From: Octopus sinensis
Taxonomy: Eukaryota
DNA length: 64,000 nucleotides
Assembly (NCBI RefSeq): GCF_006345805.1
Contig: NC_043000.1
Coordinates: forward strand, 94,674,001 to 94,738,000
Reading direction: 5' to 3'
Part shown: one piece after another, positions 1-13,009 of the stretch
Position numbering within the stretch: the stretch's first letter is position 1
How the letters are laid out: each line of letters begins with the position of its first letter
Position numbers and translations under genes: made by a program
The notes under the pieces: generated by a model
Database searches by the model: none
Seen by the model: only the letters and a program-made list of their open reading frames with translations
Told to the model about the DNA's origin: nothing

Positions 1-1513
1 ATTGAATTTGGCATTGCCCGCAATGGCTGAGTTCCGGTGGATCAGGTATTTTGAGGCCATAGGTTTTGCATAGTATGAATGAAGGATTTGGGTTTTATTT
101 TTCACAATTTCTAGCCAGAGTTCAGTGTCTAGTACTGGTAGTCTATGGTTGGGGTGTTTAGTGGGTAGTCTATTGTGACCTTAATACTCTGGTGGATGGA
201 GTTAGCTATTTGCTGGATGCTCTCCATAGTATTAGTTTCTATTACTATATCAACAGTACTCTCTTGTGGGGGTGCCTTTACTACTATATTGATATCATCA
301 ACATAGCGAGAGTACATGTTTACGAGTATGGATTTCTGCAGTAGGCATTCTTTAAGCCTTCTGTCCCACCATACCATGAAGAGGTTGGCCACATCACCAG
401 CGTACTAACACACCGATGGCTGCCCCCTCGTCCTGGGCATATATTTTATTATTAAATTTAAATGTGTGGCCTTTTAGGGTAACTCTTATACTAGCTCCTA
501 GTGCATGTGCGATCATTTTCTTTACCTCATGGACATTTGCGGGGCTCCGTATGGCTCTGGTCCATCCGCGCCATCTTTCTATATGTGTCTTCCTAGCCAT
601 AGAAGTAATTGTAGGCGTCTACCTCTTAAACATCTACTGGGGCAGAAACTACTAAGATTATGTTTATCTAAGTATTCACTATTATATGTCAGTCTAAGTA
701 GGAGGCCCAGTTCTTCTGTGTCGACATTACAGAACTCCACCTGGCTCTCGTTGATCATCTCCACGCACTTCTCCACTGCAAAATCTACGTCAATCGATGG
801 GTATAGGGATACCACATCCATGCTACCTACTATACATCCTGTCAGTCACAAGTTTTGTTACAGTCACTGATCCTGCTTAGGAGATCTTCTGTGCTGTCAC
901 ACACATCAGGTGACATCCTGATTATAGGGCGTATGATCATTGAGAGGAAGTAGGAGATTCTGTAATTGCTAGCCATATTCGCTCCACAGACTGGTCTTGT
1001 TGGTGGTCCTGCTATAGGGTCAGTAAAACCTTTATGGTCCTTGCGAAGTCCATACAGTGCTGGGATATCATTGTTCCAGGCTTGGAAATTCTTTGCAGTA
1101 CGTTTCTGAGGTCCCAGAACAATTGTCCACATCATCATGTGGGCATTGAGGACCTTTTCTCTCTCCTCATGCGCCTGTACAGTTGTTACTTTTGTATTAG
1201 CGATATGAGGTTGCATTGCCTGGATGTAGTTCGGTAAGCTGTCTATTGACATCCTGCCGGACTTATCCGTGGGAAGGCATATCACCTCTCCGTTCCTAGT
1301 GCGCTGAATGAGCTTCTGTAGGCCACATGCAGGTTTAATCCCTAGTTGTTGGGCATCTGTCTTATTCTGTCTCTGTCTCTTAATGTATAATCCTAAAATC
1401 TGTCTAAGTTTGGTCCTAGCTATAGTGAACTGTGCTTCCATATGGTCATTAGTACGTCTTGGGATGTATACTCTTTTGTTGAAGGGTAATGTTGTTGGAT
1501 AAATTCGGTTCAT
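1..1513 (-). mobile_element. Penelope-like retroelement reverse transcriptase, 5'-truncated, four frameshifts, continues off the left edge
   Basis: ORFs 842-1513, 579-821, 394-600, 129-392 and bases 1-128 join into one PLE-type RT: PTDKSG, YGLRKDHK...RPVCG, SMDVVSLYPSI, YAQDEGAAIG, ANLFMVWWD, YSRYVDD, LPVLDTELW, YYAKPMAS...IHRNSA. Confidence 0.92.
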
Positions 1514-1514
1514 A

Positions 1515-2065
1515 AATACCAGAGTGTCATGTTCGTTGACACCACCCCTGGAGGTGAACTAGCGTACCGCTTTAGAAGGACCCTAGATAAACTTAAACTA
1601 AGAATTAAGGTTGTTGAAAAGCCAGGCAACCCTATCAGATCTATAATTGGTAGAAGCTATCCTTTTAGTAGAACTCTCTGTACGGATAACTATTGCACTG
1701 TATGTAGATTTAGCCCACAAACGAACTGTAAAGCCAGAAATGTGGTCTATAGTATAAGATGTATAGAGGGACGATGCAGTAACAAGACAGTAACATACGT
1801 AGGGGAAACTGCAAGAAGCATTGGTGAGCGGGTGAATGAACATTGGAGACAACTCAAGGAAGGTAAAAGCTCATCGATTCTGTACCAACACGCCGAACGG
1901 GGATCACACGGGGGATCAATCAATAACATAGAGATTAAGATATTGTCCACACATAGAACAGATGCAACAATTAGACAAATTACAGAAGCTACACATATAA
2001 TAGAAAATAAACCTAGCCTGAATAGAAAACTAGAATGGAGCAATAGCGCACACCACAACATATGA
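1515..2065 (+). CDS. PLE C-terminal linker plus GIY-YIG endonuclease (Neptune-like Cys-rich linker), inverted relative to the RT
   Basis: Open 178-aa frame with CxxxxCxxC, NVVYSIRC...YVGETARSIGERVNEH, ILYQH...H, ITEA...PSLN, ending in a natural stop. The clade assignment is tentative. Confidence 0.9.
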
Positions 2066-2574
2066 CAATAGTGGATCCTGCAAACATAATAAATACACAG
2101 GTAATTAAAGAAATAGAAATGAATATCTATATATATGTATATGTGTATATATATGTATATGTATATGTGTATATATGTGTGTGTATATGTATATATATAT
2201 ATATGTATATGTATGTGTATGTATATATATATATGTATATGTATATTCCTTTTTTTTTTCGATTAGATTTATTATTATTATTACTAATATTGTTGTTATA
2301 CATACATACAAGCATATGTAATGATAATAATGGGTGGATGTAAACACATGAACAAAATTAGAACAAAAGCAACAACAACAAAAAAAAAAATACAAATTAC
2401 AAGAATGTATATAACCAGAAGATACAAATATTACAGGCATCCCCCCACACCACACACTAAATAAACATAGACGCACATAGAGATATAAACATGCGCAAAT
2501 GAAGACATACAATAGAAATATAAAATGGCTGACGGTTAGTAAGGAGAGACACAAATAAGAAAGAAGAAAACAAA

Positions 2575-2619
2575 GGACCACTGATGCGGTCACAGGAGTG
2601 TGACGAAAGAACTTTGGCC
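2575..2619 (+). ncRNA. Degenerate HHR-like motif downstream of the PLE endonuclease
   Basis: GGACCA CTGATGC G GTCACA-GGAG-TGTGAC GAAA GAACTT TGGCC. Stem II is perfect, but A9 is substituted and the stem III/cleavage segment is too short. Confidence 0.35.
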
Positions 2620-2893
2620 GAAATAAGATTAAGATTAATGTAAAAAATAAATATCACTGAAGCAAAATAACACCAAATATATAGTACGTGTGTTTTTATT
2701 GGCTAAACTGGCAATATGACCATTCCGAAATATAACAATATCTGTTTCAACACACGACTTCACATAAAAAATCTTGCACAACAAATATTTAAACGTATAT
2801 ATATATATATATATATATACACATGCATACATATATCTATCTATATATATACATATATATTACTTCATCGTTTGAACTTCTTTTCCTTGTTGT

Positions 2894-2943
<50 letters not shown>

Positions 2944-3399
2944 AAGGCATTTAAATGCGTGTCTTTATGAAGATCTAACTGAAGAGTATTAGACCATTTG
3001 GAGAAGTAAGGAGTTACTCCATAGCCATCACTATTTCCTGTTCCACTCAGACGGGTGTGTGTGTGTGTGCGTGTGTATCTCTAACCCCCCTCCCCCCGCA
3101 AGTGATGGATCAACAACATCTGTGCCTTAGGCATACAGGTCTTAGAGCAGAACGGATCCCCCCACTCACGAAACATATATCCTACGTGCCATGATATAAT
3201 GCTCCGAGCTCGCTCTACGCAAGAAGTTGAAAGTCTTTTTGGCCAATGACACAGCATAGACCCTAAGTAAAGCATGTGTAAAATATGAATGAAATCTTTT
3301 GGGTATTTCTCGAGTTTTAGTGATGCACACATACAGGCAGACAAGCAGACACGCATTCTGAATTTTATACATACTAACATATATATGTATATATATATA

Positions 3400-3460
<61 letters not shown>

Positions 3461-3619
3461 ATTATGTGAAATAGAAAGATGAATAATCTTGTTGCAGATT
3501 AATCAAAAGTTTAACCGATACCTTGGTAGCAAAAATCACAGCAGAAGACAGTACGGTTGGAGGTACAACCATATGGTGTTGCAACCGTGCGTTGGTGCGG
3601 ATAATTGAATTTTAATATA

Positions 3620-3765
3620 ATTAGTGAATTGAAGAAATGGAGTTGAACGAAGATTGAACAGAAATCGTTTTATTTCATTCTACACGTGTTTCGAAACACG
3701 TGTAGAATGAAATAAAACGATTTCTGTTCAATCTTCGTTCAACTCCATTTCTTCAATTCACTAAT
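3620..3765. repeat. Perfect 146-bp palindrome with no spacer; each arm starts with the 3' half of an HHR
   Basis: Two 73-bp arms centred on TTTC|GAAA (3692/3693). The right arm begins GAAA-C-ACGT-G-TA and ends at (TA)n. Confidence 0.9.
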
Positions 3766-3787
3766 AATATTATATATATATATATTA

Positions 3788-3819
<32 letters not shown>

Positions 3820-5856
3820 ATATAATATAACATAATATAATATATAAATATATGCATATATACATACATATATATATACATACCTACATATATATCTATA
3901 TATACATGCATATATGGGTACAGGACATAAAAAAAAAATGTTGAACACAGTGAGAAACGAAAACACAAAAACAAAAACATAGGAAACGACCTTTTTTTCG
4001 AACGACAAAAAGCAAACACAGAAACGAGACATGCAACGTAAACAATATTCCCCTTCATCAGTTGGCCCTGTTTTATCTACTCCGCTTCCCGAAGGCAAGG
4101 ACAAATAGCGACTTCGTTGAAACAGTCCTTCCCGCAAAGCAATTTTTGCGGGGGTGAAAGTAGTAACAAGAACAGGACAGTGAGAACAAGACAGTAAAAA
4201 CAAACGGTGAAGGCTGTTAAGCCAATACGATAGAAAAATTATTATGAACGCCAGGAAGATGAGCTTATGAGAGGAGACAGGTATAAGCTCGTGTTGTCTT
4301 TAGGAAAGAAATGGGCAGAAAGATAGATTCCCTTTCGTCACGTGTCAGCGATGAGAGAGTCAGGAAGGAAGAGAGAGGGAGCGGGAATGGTGAAGAGGAG
4401 TGGAGAAGAATTGGGAAGGGAGACAGAGAAAACCAGAAAGGATGAAGAACAAGTGAGGGAGAGAGATAGAAAGAGAAGAAATAGTAGCGATAGAAGAATG
4501 CGCATCGTAATTATTAAGATAAAACTTACATGGAAAAGGATGCGTGCCGTTCGATCATAAAATAATAAATATATGCATATATGCATACATAAGAGAAAGA
4601 GAGACAAACAGACAGACGATTGACAACGTATTTTTTACAGGCCTAATTAACGAAAAGACGAGAGATATTCAGGTTTATACACAAAAGTACAATATGATCG
4701 AAAGTTTATATCAAACAATTAAAGAGAAACAGTAGAGCTACATATTTTCAAAATTATTTGTATCGACTGAGAATCTAATTTGATTGACAGATACAGAGAA
4801 TAAAGAAGACTTCGATGTCAATATAAGTGGCAAAATTGAGTTATAATCTATAGAAGATTAATTATATTTCGTTACATCAAGATATTGTGAGACGGCCAAG
4901 GTTTGCAAAAGAAATTATATACCTTATCCTAATTTTATTAAAAAGAGAATATTCTATTAGAAAAATAAACACTTGTTTATAAATAAGCGATTATCTGAGA
5001 CAATGCAAGTTATCATGTCTGCAATTTTGCAAAGATTGAAATATATATATATATTATTTTCATTTTCTTTAATATCAGCGTGTTGCTAGCTAGTCGTATT
5101 TAGAATTAAGCGCAGAAGGAAGTGATAGCTAAATTGAATATATCTTTTAGAGTATATTTAAGCGCAACCAATCAAAATATCGAAGAAAGCATTATTTAAG
5201 AAAACAAACAACTTGAATATTATACATTAGCTTACTAAATTAACAATTATCTCATACTAAACATTATCGTTGTCAAAAAGAAAATGAATATAATTTAATA
5301 AACTATAATCTAATAAACTATAATCTAATACTGTTAACTAATAGTATTATGAATGAATGGTAGAGGAAAGTATCATAAGAGGAGAATATTCATTATAGAT
5401 TATAGAATATGTTTAGTTGTTATTATATGGATTACGATAATATAACTATTTTTATTATATAGATTATGATAATAACACTATTTGCGAAAATGAAAGTGAG
5501 TTCAATAACTGAAACTATATTTTTTTTAATTTCTTTGGCGAAATACTTCTAAAGCAGTATGGTTGTAAATCCTGACTATGATATAATTTCGTAGTTATAT
5601 AGATCAAGCGTTTTATATATTATCAAGACGAAAAAAATGATAGCCGCTTTTTATAGAACTTAATCGGGAATTATGGATCTAATTAAGTGAATTAAACATT
5701 ATCCCTGTGTTTTCAAAACTTGAACGTTTATTCTGTATCATAGTTATGTTACTAAATTTATTCTGTATCATAGTTATGTAACTAAATTGGTCTAAACTAC
5801 ATCAACAAGGAACATTTACAAAGTGATTACTAACAACATACATACACATACATATA

Positions 5857-7016
5857 CACGAGGGAGAGTAAAAAATCATACGTACTCTTGTTTTTTAAGT
5901 GTATTTACACAAAAGCAGGTGGATAAACAAATACGTCATTTTTCTTTATAGCCTCCTTCCTTTTCGGTGCACTTGGTCCAGCGGACCATAAGCTTGCGTA
6001 TTTCCTCCAGGAAGAAGGTTTTCGGTTGGTCGGCAACCATTTATGCACCGCTTCCTTCATATCTTCATCCGTCGGAAATCGACCACATCCTACACCATCT
6101 TTGAGCGGTCCAAAGATATGATAGTCGGAAGGTGCGAGATCTGGGTTGTTGGCAGGGTGTTTCAGCATTTCAAAACCCAAACGGTTAATGCTTTCAACGG
6201 TCTGGGCGACCGTGTGTGGGCGACCGTGTGTGGGCGACCGTGTGTGGGCGACCGTGTGTGGGCGCGCATTGTCATGCAACAACAAAACTTTCTTTGACAA
6301 TAGACTTCGGCGTTGGGTGCGAATTGCTAGCGAACCAGGATGTTTCCATTCCATACTGTCTTTTGGATTCTGTCTCATAATGATGGACCTACGTTTCATC
6401 TCCTGTGACTATTCTACTTGCCCTCATTGTTGTAGCAATCGAATAAACGTTGGTAGACTTCAAGACGTTTGCGCTTGTGCTCCGCAGTAAGCTCTTTTGG
6501 CACTCATGTTACACAGACTTTATGGAAGCCGAGCTCATCGTGGATGATTTGATTTCCAGAACCATGACTAATCTGCGAATAACGAGCTACCTCATCTATG
6601 ATAACTCGCTGGTTCCTCATTATCATCTCTCGAACTTGCTGAATCTTCTCGTCAGTGGTAGAGGTTGACGGGCGTCCTGCTTTTTCTTCGTGCGTCACGC
6701 TTGTCCAGCCACTTTTAAACTTCTCGATCCTCTCATAGACACTTCTACGTGGTAGTGCACTGTCCTCAATGAATATCAGCACCAAACACACCTGACCAGA
6801 TGAATAGGATCACTGCTCTTTGTTCTTCTTTGGTATACATTGCTAGCGAAGCGGCCGTGTTTAAACTGCAAAGTCAGAAAGAAAATGGCGTGATCAGGCT
6901 CAAACTTCGGTCGCGTGACCACAGTAGTACCAAATATAAGCAGGCATACGCAGAAGGCAGTGTGACAATAATAAAGATGTTATGGTGAAAGTGAAGATAA
7001 TTTTTAACTTGCTTCG
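5857..7016 (-). mobile_element. mariner (Tc1/mariner) transposon, degenerate and internally deleted
   Basis: Transposase fragments 6504-6791 (GRPSTS HTH region) and 5905-6399 (EWKHPGS, LLHDNARPH, PDLAPSDYHIFGPLK); TA-flanked TACGAGGG-type ends. Confidence 0.9.
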
Positions 7017-8039
7017 TATATATATAGATGGAATCTCACAACGAAAATGATATTTGAGAGTTCAGCTTTTGCTGAACGCCCTACACGCCCTAGATTTGTT
7101 TATAGTTGCCAAATGGATGTGCTGTACATTAGCTCACACTATCTATAAAATCGTCATTGCTTGTACAGGTGCACAAGTGTGCCACACATCAGATGTCGAA
7201 ATGATCGCAGAAGAACATGAAATCCAGTATTTTGCTCAAGAACACAACGCGCCGTCCGTCTGAGAATCAAACCTACCATTTGGCAATCGTGAGAGCAACA
7301 TACTAATCATGAGGCCATGCGCCCTCACACACGTAAGCACATATATATACATGCAAATATGCATATAAGAGGTGGACGCATGACTGAATAGTATCTTGGA
7401 GAAATGTCTTCGAGCCGACCATAGACTTGTAAGTGGACATAGCAGAAAGAAAGCGAGAGAAGCTTTATATATGTGTGTGTGTGTATACACATATATTTAT
7501 ACACGCACACATATATATCTGCACGTATGTAATCGTGTATGTATGTATGTATACTCACATTCCAAGTCCTGTATAATTGTTATTATTATCGCTATAATGT
7601 GTAGGCTATTGAAACATCCATCCAGTTTGAATTTTTGAAATGTCAAAGACATAGTGTCATCGATTTATCAAATTTGCACCCTTACAATTATACATACAAA
7701 CACTCATACACACGTCCACACACATACATGCACACACACATACATACACACACATACGCACACACAATGTTTGAATAAGGAGAAAATATAAGTGGTTAGT
7801 ATAAAAGTATTATATAAATATGTAGGATGTAGAGGGGCTGACATTGGACCGTCAGCAACGGAGAGCATTGGTGGACCTGACTGGTTCTGCATGTTGACGT
7901 CTTTGGGACCACTAACCTGAAATGACCCAAGCCTTATCAAGCAAGAGCATGAAACGAAGCGAAGGAAGGCAAGCAAAGTGATATAAATATGTGCTAAATA
8001 AAGTATTACTAATTTGGCTCTTAAGGGATCATTGGAGAA

Positions 8040-8460
8040 TCTGCACGCAGTACCTTAAAGAACAGCCGCAAAAGAGGTAAGCCCTGTTTATTGTGCAACA
8101 ACGTGAGTGAAGGGAATTCCATTAGAAATCATAACAGAAATGTTATGATTTATACAGAATTTGGAACATATAAATATTCCCATTTGGTGTACGCTGCAGA
8201 ATGCACGAAACACAACTTGTGGTTGTACAACAGAACAATTAAACAAAAGGTTTAATGAGCACAGATTCAACGTGAGGCACAATAACAGTAGCTCGACAGA
8301 ACTTGCTGAACATTTCGTTTCAAGCGGTTGCAATTTTGAAGAAGATTTGAAAATGCATATTCTCAGAAAATATTCTGAATCTACTGCACTTTCACTTCTC
8401 AGAATGTACGAGGAGAAATATGTTTGCGAGTTATCAACATCACACCCTGGATGAATGAAT
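8040..8460 (+). mobile_element. Second PLE GIY-YIG endonuclease remnant
   Basis: Joined frames give KRGKPCLLC...LVYAAECTKH..(Y)VGCTTEQLNKRFNEHR...ELAEHF...RMYEEKYVCELSTSHPG. Confidence 0.75.
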
Positions 8461-8470
8461 AAGATGACAA

Positions 8471-8640
8471 GAGAATATCTATTTCTTTATTGTCCACAAG
8501 GGACTAAAGATAGAGGGGACAAACGAGGACAGACCAACGGATTAAGTCGATTACATCGATGCCAGTGCGTAACAGGTACTTTATTTATTGACCCCGAAAT
8601 GATGAAAGGCAAAGTCGACCTGGGCGAAATTTGAACTCAG
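8471..8640 (-). mobile_element. tRNA-derived SINE family B, 3' part
   Basis: Reverse complement of TTCTGAGTTCAAATT...GTCGACTTTGCCTTTCATC...CCCTTGTGG..CAATAAAGAAATA; homologous to the full copy at 51815-52050. Confidence 0.85.
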
Positions 8641-8770
8641 AGATTTGAATTTGCCAAAGACAGACTTACTGTTGAAATATCGTTCAACGAATAAAATATC
8701 TAGTACAATTGAATCGCGCTCTTCGTCTTGACTGTTTACCTTTGTGAATAGTTACGTCAATCTTTTTAAA

Positions 8771-8780
8771 ATTATTATTA

Positions 8781-8832
<52 letters not shown>
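8771..8832. repeat. (ATT)n microsatellite, the apparent R4/Dong target; a second array lies at 9783-9858
   Basis: Pure ATT array directly abutting the 3' end of the R4-like element. Confidence 0.95.
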
Positions 8833-8835
<3 letters not shown>

Positions 8836-9536
8836 TAGTATATTTTTTATATCGCGCTTTCATTTCACTACCGAGCGCAGCTCCGTGTGCCTTGGGTATG
8901 TGCTGTGATTTGTTCTGATGCTCTGATGGTTATTCTATGGAAAGTGTTCTGCGTAGGATGTGTGCAGTGCCTAGTAGTGCAATTTTCTGTATGTTATATG
9001 TGTTTGTAAGTCCTGGTGTTTTTGTTATGCATTTGTCTGAATATTTTTTTATCATGCCTAATACACCTACTATGATAGGAATTGTTTCTGCTTTTATATT
9101 CCACATTCTGGTTACATCTATTTCCAGGTCTTTGTATTTTGAAAGTTTCTCCATTTCTTTTAGAGACACGTTGTCATCCGCTGGTATTAATACATCAATT
9201 AGAAAACATTTTTTTTCTTCATGATCTCTGACAACTATATCTGGTCTGTTGGCCTTAATTTCTCTATCTGTGTGTATTGGCATATCCCAGAGTATGGTTG
9301 CTTTCTCGTTTTCTGTGACCTTTTCTGGTGTGTGCCTATACCATCTTTGTTCTGTTGTTATTCCATAATGTTGGCATAGTTTCCAGTGTATATAGGTCCA
9401 ACTCTGTCGTGTCTGTGAATATATTCCTTCTTAGCCAGGCTGGGCAGCCAAAGATAATATGATTTATTGTTTCTTGTCCATCTCCACATATTCTGCAGTT
9501 ACTTGTTATATTTCTTTTCATTACATGTTTTTGGTA
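8833..9536 (-). mobile_element. R4/Dong-clade non-LTR retrotransposon 3' end (CCHC knuckle plus restriction-like endonuclease)
   Basis: CRICGDGQETINHIIFGC, then TDREIKANRPDIVV..D...FLIDV.IP.D.N...KE.EKLSKYKDL...QKIALLGTAHILRR; the 3' end runs into (TAA)n. Confidence 0.9.
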
Positions 9537-9780
9537 AACAGTCAAGACGAAGCGCGCGATTCAATTGTACTAGATATTTTATTCGTTGAACGATATTTCA
9601 ACAGTAAGTCTGTCTTTGTCAAGTTCAAAGTTCTGAGTTCAAATTTCGCCCAGGTCGACTTTGCCCTTCATCATTTCGGTGTCAATAAATAAAGTACCAG
9701 TTACGCACTGGAATCGATGTAATCGTCTTAATCCGTTGGTCTGTCCTCGTTTGTCCCCTCTATCTTTAGCCCCTTGTGGA
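9533..9780. repeat. Inverted duplication of 8493-8740 (248 bp, about 95% identical by eye)
   Basis: Covers the SINE B part plus about 100 bp of non-SINE sequence; I counted about 12 differences. Confidence 0.92.
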
Positions 9781-9803
9781 AATTATTTTTATTATTATTA
9801 TTA

Positions 9804-9858
<55 letters not shown>

Positions 9859-10370
9859 CGAGTGAGTGAGTGAGGGAGTGAGTGAGAGAGCAGTGAATGC
9901 TATCAAAGTGACACTAAGGTAAAATATACGAAGACCAGTATATACCTATCATTACAACCCCTCTGACAACGGTACACCAGGTACATGCATCACAACCATA
10001 TGTGATCGCCTATGAAGATTAACAGCCCAACCCTGAATAAGGGTTGCTTAAGGATGTTGGACAAAACGCCCATGCTTCGCTAGGTGAATTATCCAAACTC
10101 CAAAGAATTCCTCTCAACATATGGTTATGATGCTTCTCCACAACCTCTACTCGTGATCAGAGATGCAGATATTGCCAGCCAATAAGGGATATGCTCAACT
10201 GGTTATAGTCAAACTACTGACAAGCAAATCTGTGGCATTGAACGGAATATTTGATGCAGCCTATCTTTTAAACCAAGACAAAATACTGTACATGATAACA
10301 CTTTCAATCATTTAAGACCAAAAGCCATGAGAGCCACTGTCTGGTACTACACCAGAGCAATTATTATTAT
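9859..10370. mobile_element. Non-coding interspersed repeat embedded between ATT arrays
   Basis: GAGAGAGCAGTG..ATCAAAGTGACACT start resembles an abundant Octopus repeat as I recall it; ATT repeats lie on both sides. Class unknown. Confidence 0.4.
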
Positions 10371-10384
10371 CAACAGCAGCAGAT

Positions 10385-10392
10385 GCAGAAGA

Positions 10393-10426
<34 letters not shown>

Positions 10427-10427
10427 A

Positions 10428-10501
<74 letters not shown>

Positions 10502-10510
10502 ATAGTAGTA
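10385..10510. repeat. (CAG)n/(TAG)n microsatellite
   Basis: Direct reading of the sequence. Confidence 0.95.
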
Positions 10511-10899
10511 GAAACAATGTATCTAGTTTAACATCTGAACATTTCTATTGCAGGGGGTCTAATGTGATTTTCCGAAAATAAAAAAAAATTCTAAACCAGA
10601 ATTAGAAGAATTGGCAAACAAACTCAAAAATCTTAGATAATAAAAAACATCGTGTCTAAACAGAAATAATAATGGTTTCTTAGTATTATATAATAGAATG
10701 CAATAACTATTCCACGTTGTCTTCAGTTCCTCGTAAAAGATCAAATGTATTGACGCGTTTGTCTTTTTATAAATTTTTCTAAGTAGCTTTTGCTCATGGC
10801 ATTTTCTTCCAAATTCCTTGATTATGTCTTCCAAAGTTCTTGTATAAAATGCATTCCAGAGCATTTCTAGCAATAAATCACTCTGCAAGTAACTTAACT

Positions 10900-12700
10900 T
10901 TTACAGTATCTGCTTTTAAAGAATTGGTGCTTCCCCTTTTTGACTCAGACTATTGAAGATAATGTTCTTTCAAAGCCTCTTGTTGTCTTTGGTGAGATAG
11001 TTAAATAAGTCATAAAATTGGTTAAGAAATCATGTCTTTTTAATAATGAAGTTCTTCTTTTATATTATTTATCTTGTGCCAATATTCAGGAATATTTTCT
11101 GTGGAGATAGAAAAATCGTTTGCTGCTAAACAATATTTTCCCTACTCATCAAGATCCTTTAGTCTGATTTTTGACTCAACAGTCGGGAAATGAACAGCTT
11201 CGGGAATGACAGACTGGAAATCATTGCGGAATGATGTACGTTACATTAATAATCTAGTTTTGAGTCTTTCCAATTTTTCACTGAAAAGAAAATTTTTCAT
11301 ATCCCGAAACAAAGTTCTCTATGAATTCCAATTTAAACAATTAGTTTTAAGTCTCTTCTAACACAGATTTCATTATCAACAAATTTCCTAATTAAATGTA
11401 TTGCTGCCTTGCTTCCGAGATAAGTAATAGTTTTGTAATAACTTCAATAACTTGGCTCAATTTCTGTTAATTAGATGTTCTTCAGCAATTCATCTTTAAT
11501 TAATAACTTTAAGGGATTTTTGTATTTTCCTGATTTCATTAAATACAGACGACGTATCCTGAACTGCTTAGATCGTAATTCGACAAATTCTTTGCCTCTG
11601 TAGCACTCATTTAAGGAAAACTAGTATATGCTTGAATCTGTGGTTGTTTAACCTCGTATTCTTTACGCAACATCAAGTTTTACTATTCACTTTAAAAATA
11701 TAGAAACAAACCTTCAAATTATTCTATTATTATTGCAATAACTATTTCTCGAAAAAGCTAGTTCCATGAGTTAAGTATTTAATGAGTAGTCAGGATAATT
11801 TCTGTAATAAGTGTAAACTTCTGTTGTCTTTTGCCGCTGCGACAAACTGTGTTAAATCCTTCAAAAAACGTAACAGCATGGTCAGCACGAAGAGCGAAAG
11901 AATGATACATCCTGTAATGAAAACAGTTGATATAATCCAATAATAGAATCCACTTTTAGTGATTATGATGGAAGAATAATTATAACTTGGGAATCTAATA
12001 TTTTCTAGAGGAATATTTCTTTCATACAAAATAGTTTTGACAATTTTTAAAGTCCAAGAGTCATTAATTTTCATGAAAATTAGCTGAGTATACACAGTGT
12101 TCACGTGCACTACAACTTTCAACGACTACAGTATCTAACGACACGTCTGTTACGTCATGTTTATGCAAATGAAAGTATCTTGCAACTTATAGAACAACGA
12201 GAAATTTGGTAACTGAAATATATGCACATTTATTAACTACGGTAAAAAAAAGTTCGTATCATACAGATATAAGCTATCACTATTTTTCATGAAAGGCTAT
12301 TCCATCTCGAATAAGATACGGAAATTTTCTTTTTGTAGATGACTTTCTATCACTTTTTCTTTGTTCGGAAATCTTCGCCAGAAGATGATCACCGTTTGAA
12401 AAGTTAAGCCAACAATAAGCAGTTCCCTTTTGGCTCTTTGTTCAGCCTCTCGTGACTTTTTGGCAATGAATTGACAAATATCAACACTAGATTTGGCCAC
12501 ATAAAAACATTTCTTATGTTTGAAAGATTTTTATTTCAGATGCATGGATCTATTTGCATTTCTCAGAGTAACGTTTCTAGATTTAAAATAGCTACTTTCT
12601 TTATCATTTTCATTTTGTTGAAGCCAATCCTTGTATTCAAGATTTTGCAATCTTGAATGACTGCGCATCCTTTTCCTTCTTTTTGTGACAGTTTACATTT
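10900..12700 (-). mobile_element. Highly decayed hAT-like transposase remnant
   Basis: Broken minus-strand frames: YKDWLQ...HKKC (N-terminal Zn-finger-like), TFSNGDHLL..FP, IPEYWHKI. Many stops. Confidence 0.4.
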
Positions 12701-13009
12701 CACCACTCATCTTTGTAAAGAACAAATAATATACAAATGTAGCAAGGTTATATCAACGGTAAAAATGATACACAAGATACGATGCCCGACAAAATACAAA
12801 CGCAGGACGGTAAGTTACCCGTCGTAAATTATTTCATGTAGTATAATAATATATTTATATCAACTAAGGCACCAAACACCGCCTGTAAACATCCATAGCC
12901 TTGTTGAGGGCATTTTATGCTTGCGAGAAAAGACCAAAATTAGCTTTACTCATGAGTAAATCTTAAAAGTTAATTACTACTGCAAACAATATGGTTAATA
13001 CATAAACAT

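Noticed and set aside
842-844. In-frame TGA in the PLE RT as possible selenocysteine recoding, as in Naiad PLEs
   Set aside because: The RT continues in another frame, so it is a frameshift. The endonuclease is C-terminal type, and no SECIS was seen.
4020-4340. CTGATGA AGGGGAAT and GTGACGA AAGGGAAT on the minus strand
   Set aside because: No stem II closure or GAAA follows, so an HHR cannot be folded.
7825-7980. GC-richer patch that could be an exon
   Set aside because: The plus frame DVEGLTLDRQQRRALVDL looks like an RTE-type C-terminus remnant; no convincing exon.
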